A program made the position numbers and the translations under genes. From assembly GCA_965644295.1 (NCBI GenBank), contig CBFFRP010000423.1:62001-126000 (forward strand): a stretch of DNA of 64,000 nucleotides. Direction: 5' to 3'. The notes under the pieces were generated by a model that made no database searches, was not told the origin of the DNA, and worked only from the letters and a program-made list of their open reading frames with translations. The number at the start of each line of letters is the position of its first letter. Position 1 is the stretch's first letter. The stretch is from Paraphysomonas bandaiensis (Eukaryota; Protista; Chrysophyceae). Positions 25,401 to 37,600 of this stretch are shown here, in pieces.

Positions 25401-26090
25401 ATATACACACATCTATACATATATATACACACATCTATACACATATCTAAATACACACATCAATGTACATATATATACACACATCTATACATACATCTAT
25501 GTACATATATATACACACATCTATACATATATATACACATCTCTATACACATATCTAAATACACACATCTATGTACATATATATACACATCTCTCTACAT
25601 ACATATACATACATCTATACATACATCTATGTACATATATATACACATCTCTATACACATATCTAAATACACACATCTATGTACATATATATACACATCT
25701 CTCTACATATATATACATACATCTATACATACATCTATGTACATATATATACACATCTCTCTACATATACACACATCTATGTATATATATATACACATCT
25801 CTATACACACATCTAAATACACTCATCAATGTACATATATATACACACATCTATACATACATCTATGTACATATATATACACATCTCTCTACATATACAT
25901 ACATCTATCTACCTTCAATAGCTCTTGTTCCCATAATTCGATTCTCTTTCTTTCTCATCATACGTTTGATCATAATTAAATCCCCACATTCTGCTGCTTG
26001 TATTAATTTTTCTATTGTAATATCTGCTTCAATCGTCTCATCTGATGATGATGATGATGTATTGCGTATAACTCGACATGTATTTATCAT
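22402..26090 (-). CDS. Ankyrin-repeat protein (oomycete-style AAxxGH repeats) with a 1.6-kb first intron
   Basis: Repeats AIEAAAAKGHLPVIEFL, VVQWLHRNRPEGCTTAALIGAAANGHREIVEFL and AVDVAAENGHLEVVQFL; five exons joined by GT-AG introns (24306-25912 and three short ones); acidic insert. Confidence 0.85.
24340..25908. repeat. Degenerate ~22-24-bp minisatellite (ACACATCTAT[GT]ACATATATAT) filling intron 1
   Basis: Read directly; it generates the spurious YIHT ORFs. Confidence 0.95.
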
Positions 26091-26800
26091 AATGACATAC
26101 TATACCTTCTATATTTGTTATAAATTGTTGATTATCTGTAGAGGATATGAGCATTATTGTTTATAGTCGATGATAGGTGGATATGTATGTATATATATAG
26201 ATGGGTGTATGAAGATGTCCATATGTTTCTTATGGTGATATATATGTGTATATATATATGGATCTATCATCTTGGTGTACTGCTATATGTGTATATAGGT
26301 ACAGTAGGGATATAAGTACATAATTATATTATGTATATGTTTGTACTACTATTGTACTGCTCTACCTGTAGAATAGATACAGAGGTACATATATGTCATA
26401 TAGGCAATATATGTTGTGTGTAAATAGGTACGAAGCAAGGTCTATACATACTTGCTTGGCCCTTGCGTACATATACACCCTGTACAATACCTCCGTATAC
26501 TTATACAGCAGTACATATATCTTCAACTCTACACAGTTCCACCTACAGAATACACACATCAACACTGACTGTCTCTTCTCTATACTATCTATCTCCATCC
26601 CTTCACTTCCATAACTTCGCTACTATCAATAGGGATAGTGCGTATCGTCAACACGAAGTAGTATCATATACCACATTCTCTCATATCCATCTATCATCTA
26701 GACATCATCATCACCACATATATCATACCTATAACATAACTATATATACATACATACTTAACATCTCACATACTCACATACTCACATATATACACATATA

Positions 26801-28684
26801 ATGCTACAAACAATCATATCTATTCAATATTTATTAATCCTTATATCAGTAATTAACACAACCGTATTATCTACTAAACCACATATCATACATATTCTAG
26901 CTGATGATTTAGGATGGGGGGAACTCGGATACCATAATCCTGAAGCTGGTTCAGATATTAAGACACCAAATATTGATCATTTAGTGAAAGAAGGATTAGA
27001 ATTAGATCGTTTATATGCTGAAAAAATATGTTCACCATCACGATGTAGTTTACAAACTGGACGATTAGGTATACACGTTAATGTTCAGAATGTATTTCCT
27101 GAAGTACATAATCCTAATGATACAATTGGTGGATATCAAGGAATACCTCTTAATATGACAGGAATTGCAGAAAAATTACATGATGCTGGATATACTACTC
27201 GGGCTATAGGAAAATGGGATATTGGTATGGCCACAGAAGCTCATTCACCATGGAGTAGGGGGTACGAGTCTTGGCTAGGCTACTGGCACCACTCCAATGA
27301 CTACTGGACTCAGGTAAGGTGATGCTAGAAATAGATATTATAATTATACTACACAGGATGAAACCAGCTGTAACTTTCATCCCATAAAAGATCTGTGGAG
27401 GCACAATGCGACCTATAGTGGTCCGGCATTGGACTTACAGAACGGTCCTTCTTGCACTCAAGACTCACAATTTCCTGAAAATGAGAAGTGCGTTTTCGAA
27501 GAAGACATATTAATGGATGAGGTGCAACGTGTGATACGTTCTCACGACACGTCGACCCCACTCTTCATGTTTTACAGTATGCATCTTGTGCATATGCCTC
27601 TACAGGTAATCACGAAGTCTATTTTATTAATGTTGTAAGTCACGCCTCTTGTCTAATTTTCTTTGTACTTAGATCAAAGAACAGCTACTAGAAGAGTTCA
27701 ATTTTATTGATGACAAGTGGCGGCAATTAATGCACGCCATGGTGTACCAAGTGGACATAAATGTGGGTCTCATTGTGGATGCCCTTAAAGACAGCGGTCT
27801 ATGGGATAACGCATTGGTGGTTTTTCATTCTGATAATGGGGGTGAGATAATGGCCCAGCTATGTGGGGGTAACAACTGGCCTTTACGCGGTGGAAAGTTT
27901 TCTAACTTTGAGGTATTGTGCTGTTGTATATGTCAATGTCGTGCTACTTGCAGTGTATATTCGCAGTGTATAGTCGTATTGAGATGGTCATATACACGCA
28001 ATTCGTTAATTCTAGCATATGTAGGGTGGAATACGGGTAAATGGGTTTATTACTGGGGGATATTTGCCTACAGAGCGCCGTGGTCAACGAGTGGAAGCCA
28101 TCATGAGCGTGGCTGACTGGTACGCAACTTACGCCCACCTGGCAGGATTACAGGAGGAAGACTGGGAAGATACCCGGGCTGCTGCGGCTGGTCTCCCGCC
28201 GATTGACTCCCATAACTGCTGGCCTGTTCTTATGGGTGTTCCTGGAGAATGTCGGGAAGAATTGCCAATAGGAGACACGTCCTCAGTTAAACCAAATGGC
28301 GATGGAGATACCCTTGTTGGAGGCCTCATTAGAAATGGCTATAAGATTCTTGTGGGTGCAGCCAATAAGCAGTATCTGGTGGGACAAGACGTATTAACAG
28401 CCCCACTATGGCCAAACACCTCTTTTCCGCCGTTAACTCCCGAGTTACACCCTCGTGTATGCGGGAGAACTGTCGAAAATGGATGTCTTTTCAATATAAT
28501 GGATGATCCGCAGGAAACCCACAGTCTTGCGACTGAAAAGCCAGCATTATTTTTTGATATGCTACGTCGAATCGACGAGCTTCAAGAGACAGTATACTCT
28601 CCTATACGTGGAGATAAAGACCCAGAAGCATGTGAACAAGCTATAGAAAATGGCTACTATTGGGGTCCTTGGATTGAAACGTAA
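26801..28684 (+). CDS. Arylsulfatase B-like sulfatase (S1 family), 4 exons
   Basis: Signal peptide; PHIIHILADDLGW; FGly motif CSPSR..LQTGR; GYTTRAIGKW; SDNGG; NWPLRGGK; LFNIMDDPQE. Exons about 26801-27313, 27357-27605, 27673-27912, 28025-28684. Confidence 0.92.
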
Positions 28685-29395
28685 TTTTGTCCCGCATTAT
28701 TACATTAACTGTTATTTGTTATTGACTCGGAAACAGCATTATTTTGCTCCTGCAGTACTGCTCTATATTCTAATTATGAGATCTAAATGATATTTGATTT
28801 CAAGAGTCACGAATTATAATAATTCATATAATCTGATTTGTGAAATCTCATATAGGCTATGCAAGTATAGTGTAGATCTAGCTAGCTAGAGCTTTCTTGG
28901 TGCTGACACACAAACAATACGCTGAGATTTTTATTAACAATCTATACTCTATACGTTACTTAGCTTAATCAACAGTGAGTGCGCTACTAGCAGTGAGACT
29001 AGTCAAGTTATAATAGCTTTTCTGTGCACACTGTGCGTAATGCGAGAAGATGAATAAGTCTTTACCGTGTGCATGCACTATTGTTTATTGATATAGATAC
29101 ACACAGAACACAGAAGCTTCTTCTAATTGTATGTAAGAGATAAAATGGCCCTTCCTGACTAGATTGCCGAAACCACTACCTACGAGCAATTCTCTCAACA
29201 TGTAAATGTCACTATAGCACCACACCCGCAGGGCACAACAAATGGACAATATCGATAATTGCAGTGCACTCACCACACTGTGTGCGATAGGAAGAGACAT
29301 GAGCACTGCAAACTGCTAACACAGGCTATATAAAGATGCAAAGTCTACCAGGGAAAATGCCATTATTACATTGTCATTCACAAAGTACCGCCAAT

Positions 29396-29894
29396 CTAAA
29401 CTCTGCTGGGATACAACATGACGCGAACTGGAGACCCAATGGTGGTAGGCTGCATGATATATACCGTTAACAACATCTACTAAAACAAAGCAAATATATT
29501 CTTACCGACAGGTTGGTAGAAAACTTGGCACGCACGACACCATTAGAACCATGAGGGCGGGTCACTTTACCCCATACAACACGGAATTTGGAACCCGCCT
29601 TAGCAGCCTGAGCTCTGTAGATGTATGCAACCTTCTTACCAAGGTAGAAATCAACAGCCTCCTTATCATTACATCCTTCAATTTTTAAAAGATTTGTATG
29701 ATGATATGTGTTTCTTCTTCCTCTATATTGAATTATTAATGATAATGTATGTATATATGTATATATATGTATCGTACCTCTTGAAACCAAGTATAGTGCC
29801 TTTGACATGAAGTCTCACAGGCTATAAGAGTAATTTTATATAGATATCATTATCAGTAACATGAACTTACCCTGTTGGAATTAGATGCTGGCAT
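29396..29894 (-). CDS. RPL35A: 60S ribosomal protein L35a (eL33), 4 exons
   Basis: RLHVKGTILGFKR|GRRNTYHHTNLLKIEG..FYLGKKVAYIYRA..RVVWGKVTRPHGSNGVVRAKF..|PTTIGSPVRVMLYPSRV*. Confidence 0.96.
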
Positions 29895-30557
29895 TTTCGA
29901 CCTCGTAAGGCTATAATTTAATACTATTATCACAAGTATGTGAGTGTTACTCAAGCTCTTCACTCTCTCTATATGTATGTATGTGTGTATGTATGTATGT
30001 ATGTATATAGAGGCACTTGTATATAAAAGCCATTGACCTAAGAGATCTTTAGAAGACAATTATTTTCAGTTTTGAAACTTATGGAGAGGATGAAGTATAA
30101 CAGATAAAAGTTTGGGTTTTTATATAAGAAATCTTTAATGGACTATAGTTTTCAGTTCTATAATAAGTACAGTAGGTGTACATATGTACAGGTATAGAGT
30201 GTATCTTCAACAGGTATTTTCAGTTTTATAATATAGGTGCACATATATGTATGTGCATACTCACAATGTATGTGCATGCTCACAATGTATGTACAGTGTA
30301 CATGCTCCTGCTGCTGTATACACACATATATGCATATATAACTCATCACACATACAACAACATGCATCATCATAGCTATCCTAGTTGTAATAGAGGAGCA
30401 ACAAAGTCTCAGTCTGGTCCGAATGAAGACCACAGCCTATCTGAAGATACATACAGGCTTAATAATACACTATCTGCACACTATAGTGTGCTATATATAT
30501 ATCTGATGCAAGTGATAACTCAACGAGTCACTATTAGCCAGTATGTCTCTGTCTAGT

Positions 30558-30780
30558 ATGAAGCCAGAGGAAACAGGTAAAGAATATGAACTACATTTTG
30601 AATTACTCCAAGAACTTCATGCACTGGATCAATCGGTCACTGACATTTCAAAGATCAGTCGTCTGAAAGAAGGGGTGGTTACTGAGTAATACGATACATT
30701 GAACTGTACATTGTATCTGTTACCTGATGATGTTACATATGAGATGTTATCTAAAAGATAGAACAATTCGATGACACGAT
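30558..30780 (+). pseudogene. Degenerate Ty1/copia gag fragment, inverted relative to the copy at 30950-31180
   Basis: ATGAAGCCAGAGGAAA...ATTTCAAAGATCAGTCGTCTGAAAGAAGG...TTCGATGACACGA aligns by eye to the reverse complement of about 30953-31177; contains stops and indels. Confidence 0.75.
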
Positions 30781-30799
30781 GTATGCAACATGTGTACTC

Positions 30800-31610
30800 T
30801 CTGCTTCCTGGTCTCTGTCCCTTTACCTCTTTTTGCTTTGTTCTTCATTGATCCGTATTATGATTATATCGTATACCTTTCTTCGAACAATGTAATTCAT
30901 CTCCTCCTCCATAATCCTTCACTTCTTGTTAAGGATTCGTCTCCCAGCCTTCGTGTCGTCGAAGTGTTCTATCTTCTTCGATACAATTTCCTTTGTAATA
31001 CCATCAAGCAATAAATACAAGGCACAATTCAATGCATCATATTCATCATTAACAAGACCTTCCTTCAGGCGACTGATTTTTGAAATTTCTGTTACCGTTT
31101 GATTCAGTGCCTGAAGCTCTCGGAGTAGTAGCCCAAAACGTATTACATATTCATTGGCACTTTCCTCTGGCTTCATCTCAAATGACCCGTATTGAGTGAT
31201 TAGATCACCGATCTTGTTCTGTTTTCCTTCTTTACGTGTGTGCACCATTTCGAGCGCATTGAACTTATTGTCCCTTCCTTTCGCTGCTTTGAACTCCTTA
31301 CGCCTTCTGAACTCAGATGGAACTTCTGAAACGCCTTTGGAAGCCGCTTCACCGCCTCCCTGTAGTATGAAGAGGCGATCGCATTTGCCTTCTAGTATTC
31401 TGTTCCAACTTGCTTGAAAGATTTGGTCTCAAGCTTGTAGAGCGGTGGAATCCCGAAGTTCTCCTACTTTGGTGGTCTGTGCAGCACTACCTCACTCTGT
31501 TCCTTTCGCATGAGGAACGTCTCGAAATCTTCTATTTATTGTTCAACATTGTTATCATAGAACCAAGGCACATCAAAACTATCCTCCTTCTCTCCTCCAC
31601 ATCCGCTACC
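30800..31610 (-). pseudogene. Ty1/copia gag relic
   Basis: FEMKPEESANEYVIRFGLLLRELQALNQTVTE..KISRLKEGL..EYDAL (copia gag_2/UBN2-like). The upstream frame SFDVPWFYDNNVEQ*IEDFETFLMRK resembles the copia gag N-terminal motif and runs into the first tandem unit. Confidence 0.7.
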
Positions 31611-34600
31611 ATATTGGTGATGTTTTCAACATTTTTACTTGTTAAGATCGTTAAAGGAATGTCGTTACACTAGATGGATGACTATTTAGTAAAAAGTTGA
31701 AAACAAGCCAACATAGTAGCGGATGTGGAGGAGAATTGTTCAACATTGTTATCAATAGAACCAAGGCACATCAAAACTATCCTCCTTCTCTCCTCCACAT
31801 CCGCTACCATATTGGTGATTTTTTCAACATTTTTACTTGTTAAGATCGTTAAAGGAATGTCGTTACACTAGATGGATGACTATTTAGTAAAAAGTTGAAA
31901 ACAAGCCAACATAGTAGCGGATGTGGAGGAGAATTGTTCAACATTGTTATCATAGAACCAAGGCACATCAAAACTATCCTCCTTCTCTCCTCCACATCCG
32001 CTACCATATTGGTGATGTTTTCAACATTTTTACTTGTTAAGATCGTTAAAGGAATGTCGTTACACTAGATGGATGACTATTTAGTAAAAAGTTGAAAACA
32101 AGCCAACATAGTAGCGGATGTGGAGGAGAATTGTTCAACATTGTTATCATAGAACCAAGGCACATCAAAACTATCCTCCTTCTCTCCTCCACATCCGCTA
32201 CCATATTGGTGATGTTTTCAACATTTTTACTTGTTAAGATCGTTAAAGGAATGTCGTTACACTAGATGGATGACTATTTAGTAAAAAGTTGAAAACAAGC
32301 CAACATAGTAGCGGATGTGGAGGAGAATTGTTCAACATTGTTATCATAGAACCAAGGCACATCAAAACTATCCTCCTTCTCTCCTCCACATCCGCTACCA
32401 TATTGGTGATGTTTTCAACATTTTTACTTGTTAAGATCGTTAAAGGAATGTCGTTACACTAGATGGATGACTATTTAGTAAAAAGTTGAAAACAAGCCAA
32501 CATAGTAGCGGATGTGGAGGAGAATTGTTCAACATTGTTATCATAGAACCAAGGCACATCAAAACTATCCTCCTTCTCTCCTCCACATCCGCTACCATAT
32601 TGGTGATGTTTTCAACATTTTTACTTGTTAAGATCGTTAAAGGAATGTCGTTACACTAGATGGATGACTATTTAGTAAAAAGTTGAAAACAAGCCAACAT
32701 AGTAGCGGATGTGGAGGAGAATTGTTCAACATTGTTATCATAGAACCAAGGCACATCAAAACTATCCTCCTTCTCTCCTCCACATCCGCTACCATATTGG
32801 TGATGTTTTCAACATTTTTACTTGTTAAGATCGTTAAAGGAATGTCGTTACACTAGATGGATGACTATTTAGTAAAAAGTTGAAAACAAGCCAACATAGT
32901 AGCGGATGTGGAGGAGAATTGTTCAACATTGTTATCATAGAACCAAGGCACATCAAAACTATCCTCCTTCTCTCCTCCACATCCGCTACCATATTGGTGA
33001 TGTTTTCAACATTTTTACTTGTTAAGATCGTTAAAGGAATGTCGTTACACTAGATGGATGACTATTTAGTAAAAAGTTGAAAACAAGCCAACATAGTAGC
33101 GGATGTGGAGGAGAATTGTTCAACATTGTTATCATAGAACCAAGGCACATCAAAACTATCCTCCTTCTCTCCTCCACATCCGCTACCATATTGGTGATGT
33201 TTTCAACATTTTTACTTGTTAAGATCGTTAAAGGAATGTCGTTACACTAGATGGATGACTATTTAGTAAAAAGTTGAAAACAAGCCAACATAGTAGCGGA
33301 TGTGGAGGAGAATTGTTCAACATTGTTATCATAGAACCAAGGCACATCAAAACTATCCTCCTTCTCTCCTCCACATCCGCTACCATATTGGTGATGTTTT
33401 CAACATTTTTACTTGTTAAGATCGTTAAAGGAATGTCGTTACACTAGATGGATGACTATTTAGTAAAAAGTTGAAAACAAGCCAACATAGTAGCGGATGT
33501 GGAGGAGAATTGTTCAACATTGTTATCATAGAACCAAGGCACATCAAAACTATCCTCCTTCTCTCCTCCACATCCGCTACCATATTGGTGATGTTTTCAA
33601 CATTTTTACTTGTTAAGATCGTTAAAGGAATGTCGTTACACTAGATGGATGACTATTTAGTAAAAAGTTGAAAACAAGCCAACATAGTAGCGGATGTGGA
33701 GGAGAATTGTTCAACATTGTTATCATAGAACCAAGGCACATCAAAACTATCCTCCTTCTCTCCTCCACATCCGCTACCATATTGGTGATGTTTTCAACAT
33801 TTTTACTTGTTAAGATCGTTAAAGGAATGTCGTTACACTAGATGGATGACTATTTAGTAAAAAGTTGAAAACAAGCCAACATAGTAGCGGATGTGGAGGA
33901 GAATTGTTCAACATTGTTATCATAGAACCAAGGCACATCAAAACTATCCTCCTTCTCTCCTCCACATCCGCTACCATATTGGTGATGTTTTCAACATTTT
34001 TACTTGTTAAGATCGTTAAAGGAATGTCGTTACACTAGATGGATGACTATTTAGTAAAAAGTTGAAAACAAGCCAACATAGTAGCGGATGTGGAGGAGAA
34101 TTGTTCAACATTGTTATCATAGAACCAAGGCACATCAAAACTATCCTCCTTCTCTCCTCCACATCCGCTACCATATTGGTGATGTTTTCAACATTTTTAC
34201 TTGTTAAGATCGTTAAAGGAATGTCGTTACACTAGATGGATGACTATTTAGTAAAAAGTTGAAAACAAGCCAACATAGTAGCGGATGTGGAGGAGAATTG
34301 TTCAACATTGTTATCATAGAACCAAGGCACATCAAAACTATCCTCCTTCTCTCCTCCACATCCGCTACCATATTGGTGATGTTTTCAACATTTTTACTTG
34401 TTAAGATCGTTAAAGGAATGTCGTTACACTAGATGGATGACTATTTAGTAAAAAGTTGAAAACAAGCCAACATAGTAGCGGATGTGGAGGAGAATTGTTC
34501 AACATTGTTATCATAGAACCAAGGCACATCAAAACTATCCTCCTTCTCACATCATTGTTATCATAGAACCAAGGCACATCAAAACTATCCTCCTTCTCTC

Positions 34601-37600
34601 CTCCACATCCGCTACCATATTGGTGATGTTTTCAACATTTTTACTTGTTAAGATCGTTAAAGGAATGTCGTTACACTAGATGGATGACTATTTAGTAAAA
34701 AGTTGAAAACAAGCCAACATAGTAGCGGATGTGGAGGAGAATTGTTCAACATTGTTATCATAGAACCAAGGCACATCAAAACTATCCTCCTTCTCTCCTC
34801 CACATCCGCTACCATATTGGTGATGTTTTCAACATTTTTACTTGTTAAGATCGTTAAAGGAATGTCGTTACACTAGATGGATGACTATTTAGTAAAAAGT
34901 TGAAAACAAGCCAACATAGTAGCGGATGTGGAGGAGAATTGTTCAACATTGTTATCATAGAACCAAGGCACATCAAAACTATCCTCCTTCTCTCCTCCAC
35001 ATCCGCTACCATATTGGTGATGTTTTCAACATTTTTACTTGTTAAGATCGTTAAAGGAATGTCGTTACACTAGATGGATGACTATTTAGTAAAACGTTGA
35101 AAACAAGCCAACATAGTAGCGGATGTGGAGGAGAATTGTTCAACATTGTTATCATAGAACCAAGGCACATCAAAACTATCCTCCTTCTCTCCTCCACATC
35201 CGCTACCATATTGGTGATGTTTTCAACATTTTTACTTGTTAAGATCGTTAAAGGAATGTCGTTACACTAGATGGATGACTATTTAGTAAAAAGTTGAAAA
35301 CAAGCCAACATAGTAGCGGATGTGGAGGAGAATTGTTCAACATTGTTATCATAGAACCAAGGCACATCAAAACTATCCTCCTTCTCTCCTCCACATCCGC
35401 TACCATATTGGTGATGTTTTCAACATTTTTACTTGTTAAGATCGTTAAAGGAATGTCGTTACACTAGATGGATGACTATTTAGTAAAAAGTTGAAAACAA
35501 GCCAACATAGTAGCGGATGTGGAGGAGAATTGTTCAACATTGTTATCATAGAACCAAGGCACATCAAAACTATCCTCCTTCTCTCCTCCACATCCGCTAC
35601 CATATTGGTGATGTTTTCAACATTTTTACTTGTTAAGATCGTTAAAGGAATGTCGTTACACTAGATGGATGACTATTTAGTAAAAAGTTGAAAACAAGCC
35701 AACATAGTAGCGGATGTGGAGGAGAATTGTTCAACATTGTTATCATAGAACCAAGGCACATCAAAACTATCCTCCTTCTCTCCTCCACATCCGCTACCAT
35801 ATTGGTGATGTTTTCAACATTTTTACTTGTTAAGATCGTTAAAGGAATGTCGTTACACTAGATGGATGACTATTTAGTAAAACGTTGAAAACAAGCCAAC
35901 ATAGTAGCGGATGTGGAGGAGAATTGTTCAACATTGTTATCATAGAACCAAGGCACATCAAAACTATCCTCCTTCTCTCCTCCACATCCGCTACCATATT
36001 GGTGATGTTTTCAACATTTTTACTTGTTAAGATCGTTAAAGGAATGTCGTTACACTAGATGGATGACTATTTAGTAAAAAGTTGAAAACAAGCCAACATA
36101 GTAGCGGATGTGGAGGAGAATTGTTCAACATTGTTATCATAGAACCAAGGCACATCAAAACTATCCTCCTTCTCTCCTCCACATCCGCTACCATATTGGT
36201 GATGTTTTCAACATTTTTACTTGTTAAGATCGTTAAAGGAATGTCGTTACACTAGATGGATGACTATTTAGTAAAAAGTTGAAAACAAGCCAACATAGTA
36301 GCGGATGTGGAGGAGAATTGTTCAACATTGTTATCATAGAACCAAGGCACATCAAAACTATCCTCCTTCTCTCCTCCACATCCGCTACCATATTGGTGTT
36401 GTTTTCAACATTTTTACTTGTTAAGATCGTTAAAGGAATGTCGTTACACTAGATGGATGACTATTTAGTAAAAAGTTGAAAACAAGCCAACATAGTAGCG
36501 GATGTGGAGGAGAATTGTTCAACATTGTTATCATAGAACCAAGGCACATCAAAACTATCCTCATTCTCTCCTCCACATCCGCTACCATATTGGTGATGTT
36601 TTCAACATTTTTACTTGTTAAGATCGTTAAAGGAATGTCGTTACACTAGATGGATGACTATTTAGTAAAAAGTTGAAAACAAGCCAACATAGTAGCGGAT
36701 GTGGAGGAGAATTGTTCAACATTGTTATCATAGAACCAAGGCACATCAAAACTATCCTCCTTCTCTCCTCCACATCCGCTACCATATTGGTGATGTTTTC
36801 AACATTTTTACTTGTTAAGATCGTTAAAGGAATGTCGTTACACTAGATGGATGACTATTTAGTAAAAAGTTGAAAACAAGCCAACATAGTAGCGGATGTG
36901 GAGGAGAATTGTTCAACATTGTTATCATAGAACCAAGGCACATCAAAACTATCCTCCTTCTCTCCTCCACATCCGCTACCATATTGGTGATGTTTTCAAC
37001 ATTTTTACTTGTTAAGATCGTTAAAGGAATGTCGTTACACTAGATGGATGACTATTTAGTAAAAAGTTGAAAACAAGCCAACATAGTAGCGGATGTGGAG
37101 GAGAATTGTTCAACATTGTTATCATAGAACCAAGGCACATCAAAACTATCCTCCTTCTCTCCTCCACATCCGCTACCATATTGGTGATGTTTTCAACATT
37201 TTTACTTGTTAAGATCGTTAAAGGAATGTCGTTACACTAGATGGATGACTATTTAGTAAAAAGTTGAAAACAAGCCAACATAGTAGCGGATGTGGAGGAG
37301 AATTGTTCAACATTGTTATCATAGAACCAAGGCACATCAAAACTATCCTCATTCTCTCCTCCACATCCGCTACCATATTGGTGATGTTTTCAACATTTTT
37401 ACTTGTTAAGATCGTTAAAGGAATGTCGTTACACTAGATGGATGACTATTTAGTAAAAAGTTGAAAACAAGCCAACATAGTAGCGGATGTGGAGGAGAAT
37501 TGTTCAACATTGTTATCATAGAACCAAGGCACATCAAAACTATCCTCCTTCTCTCCTCCACATCCGCTACCATATTGGTGATGTTTTCAACATTTTTACT

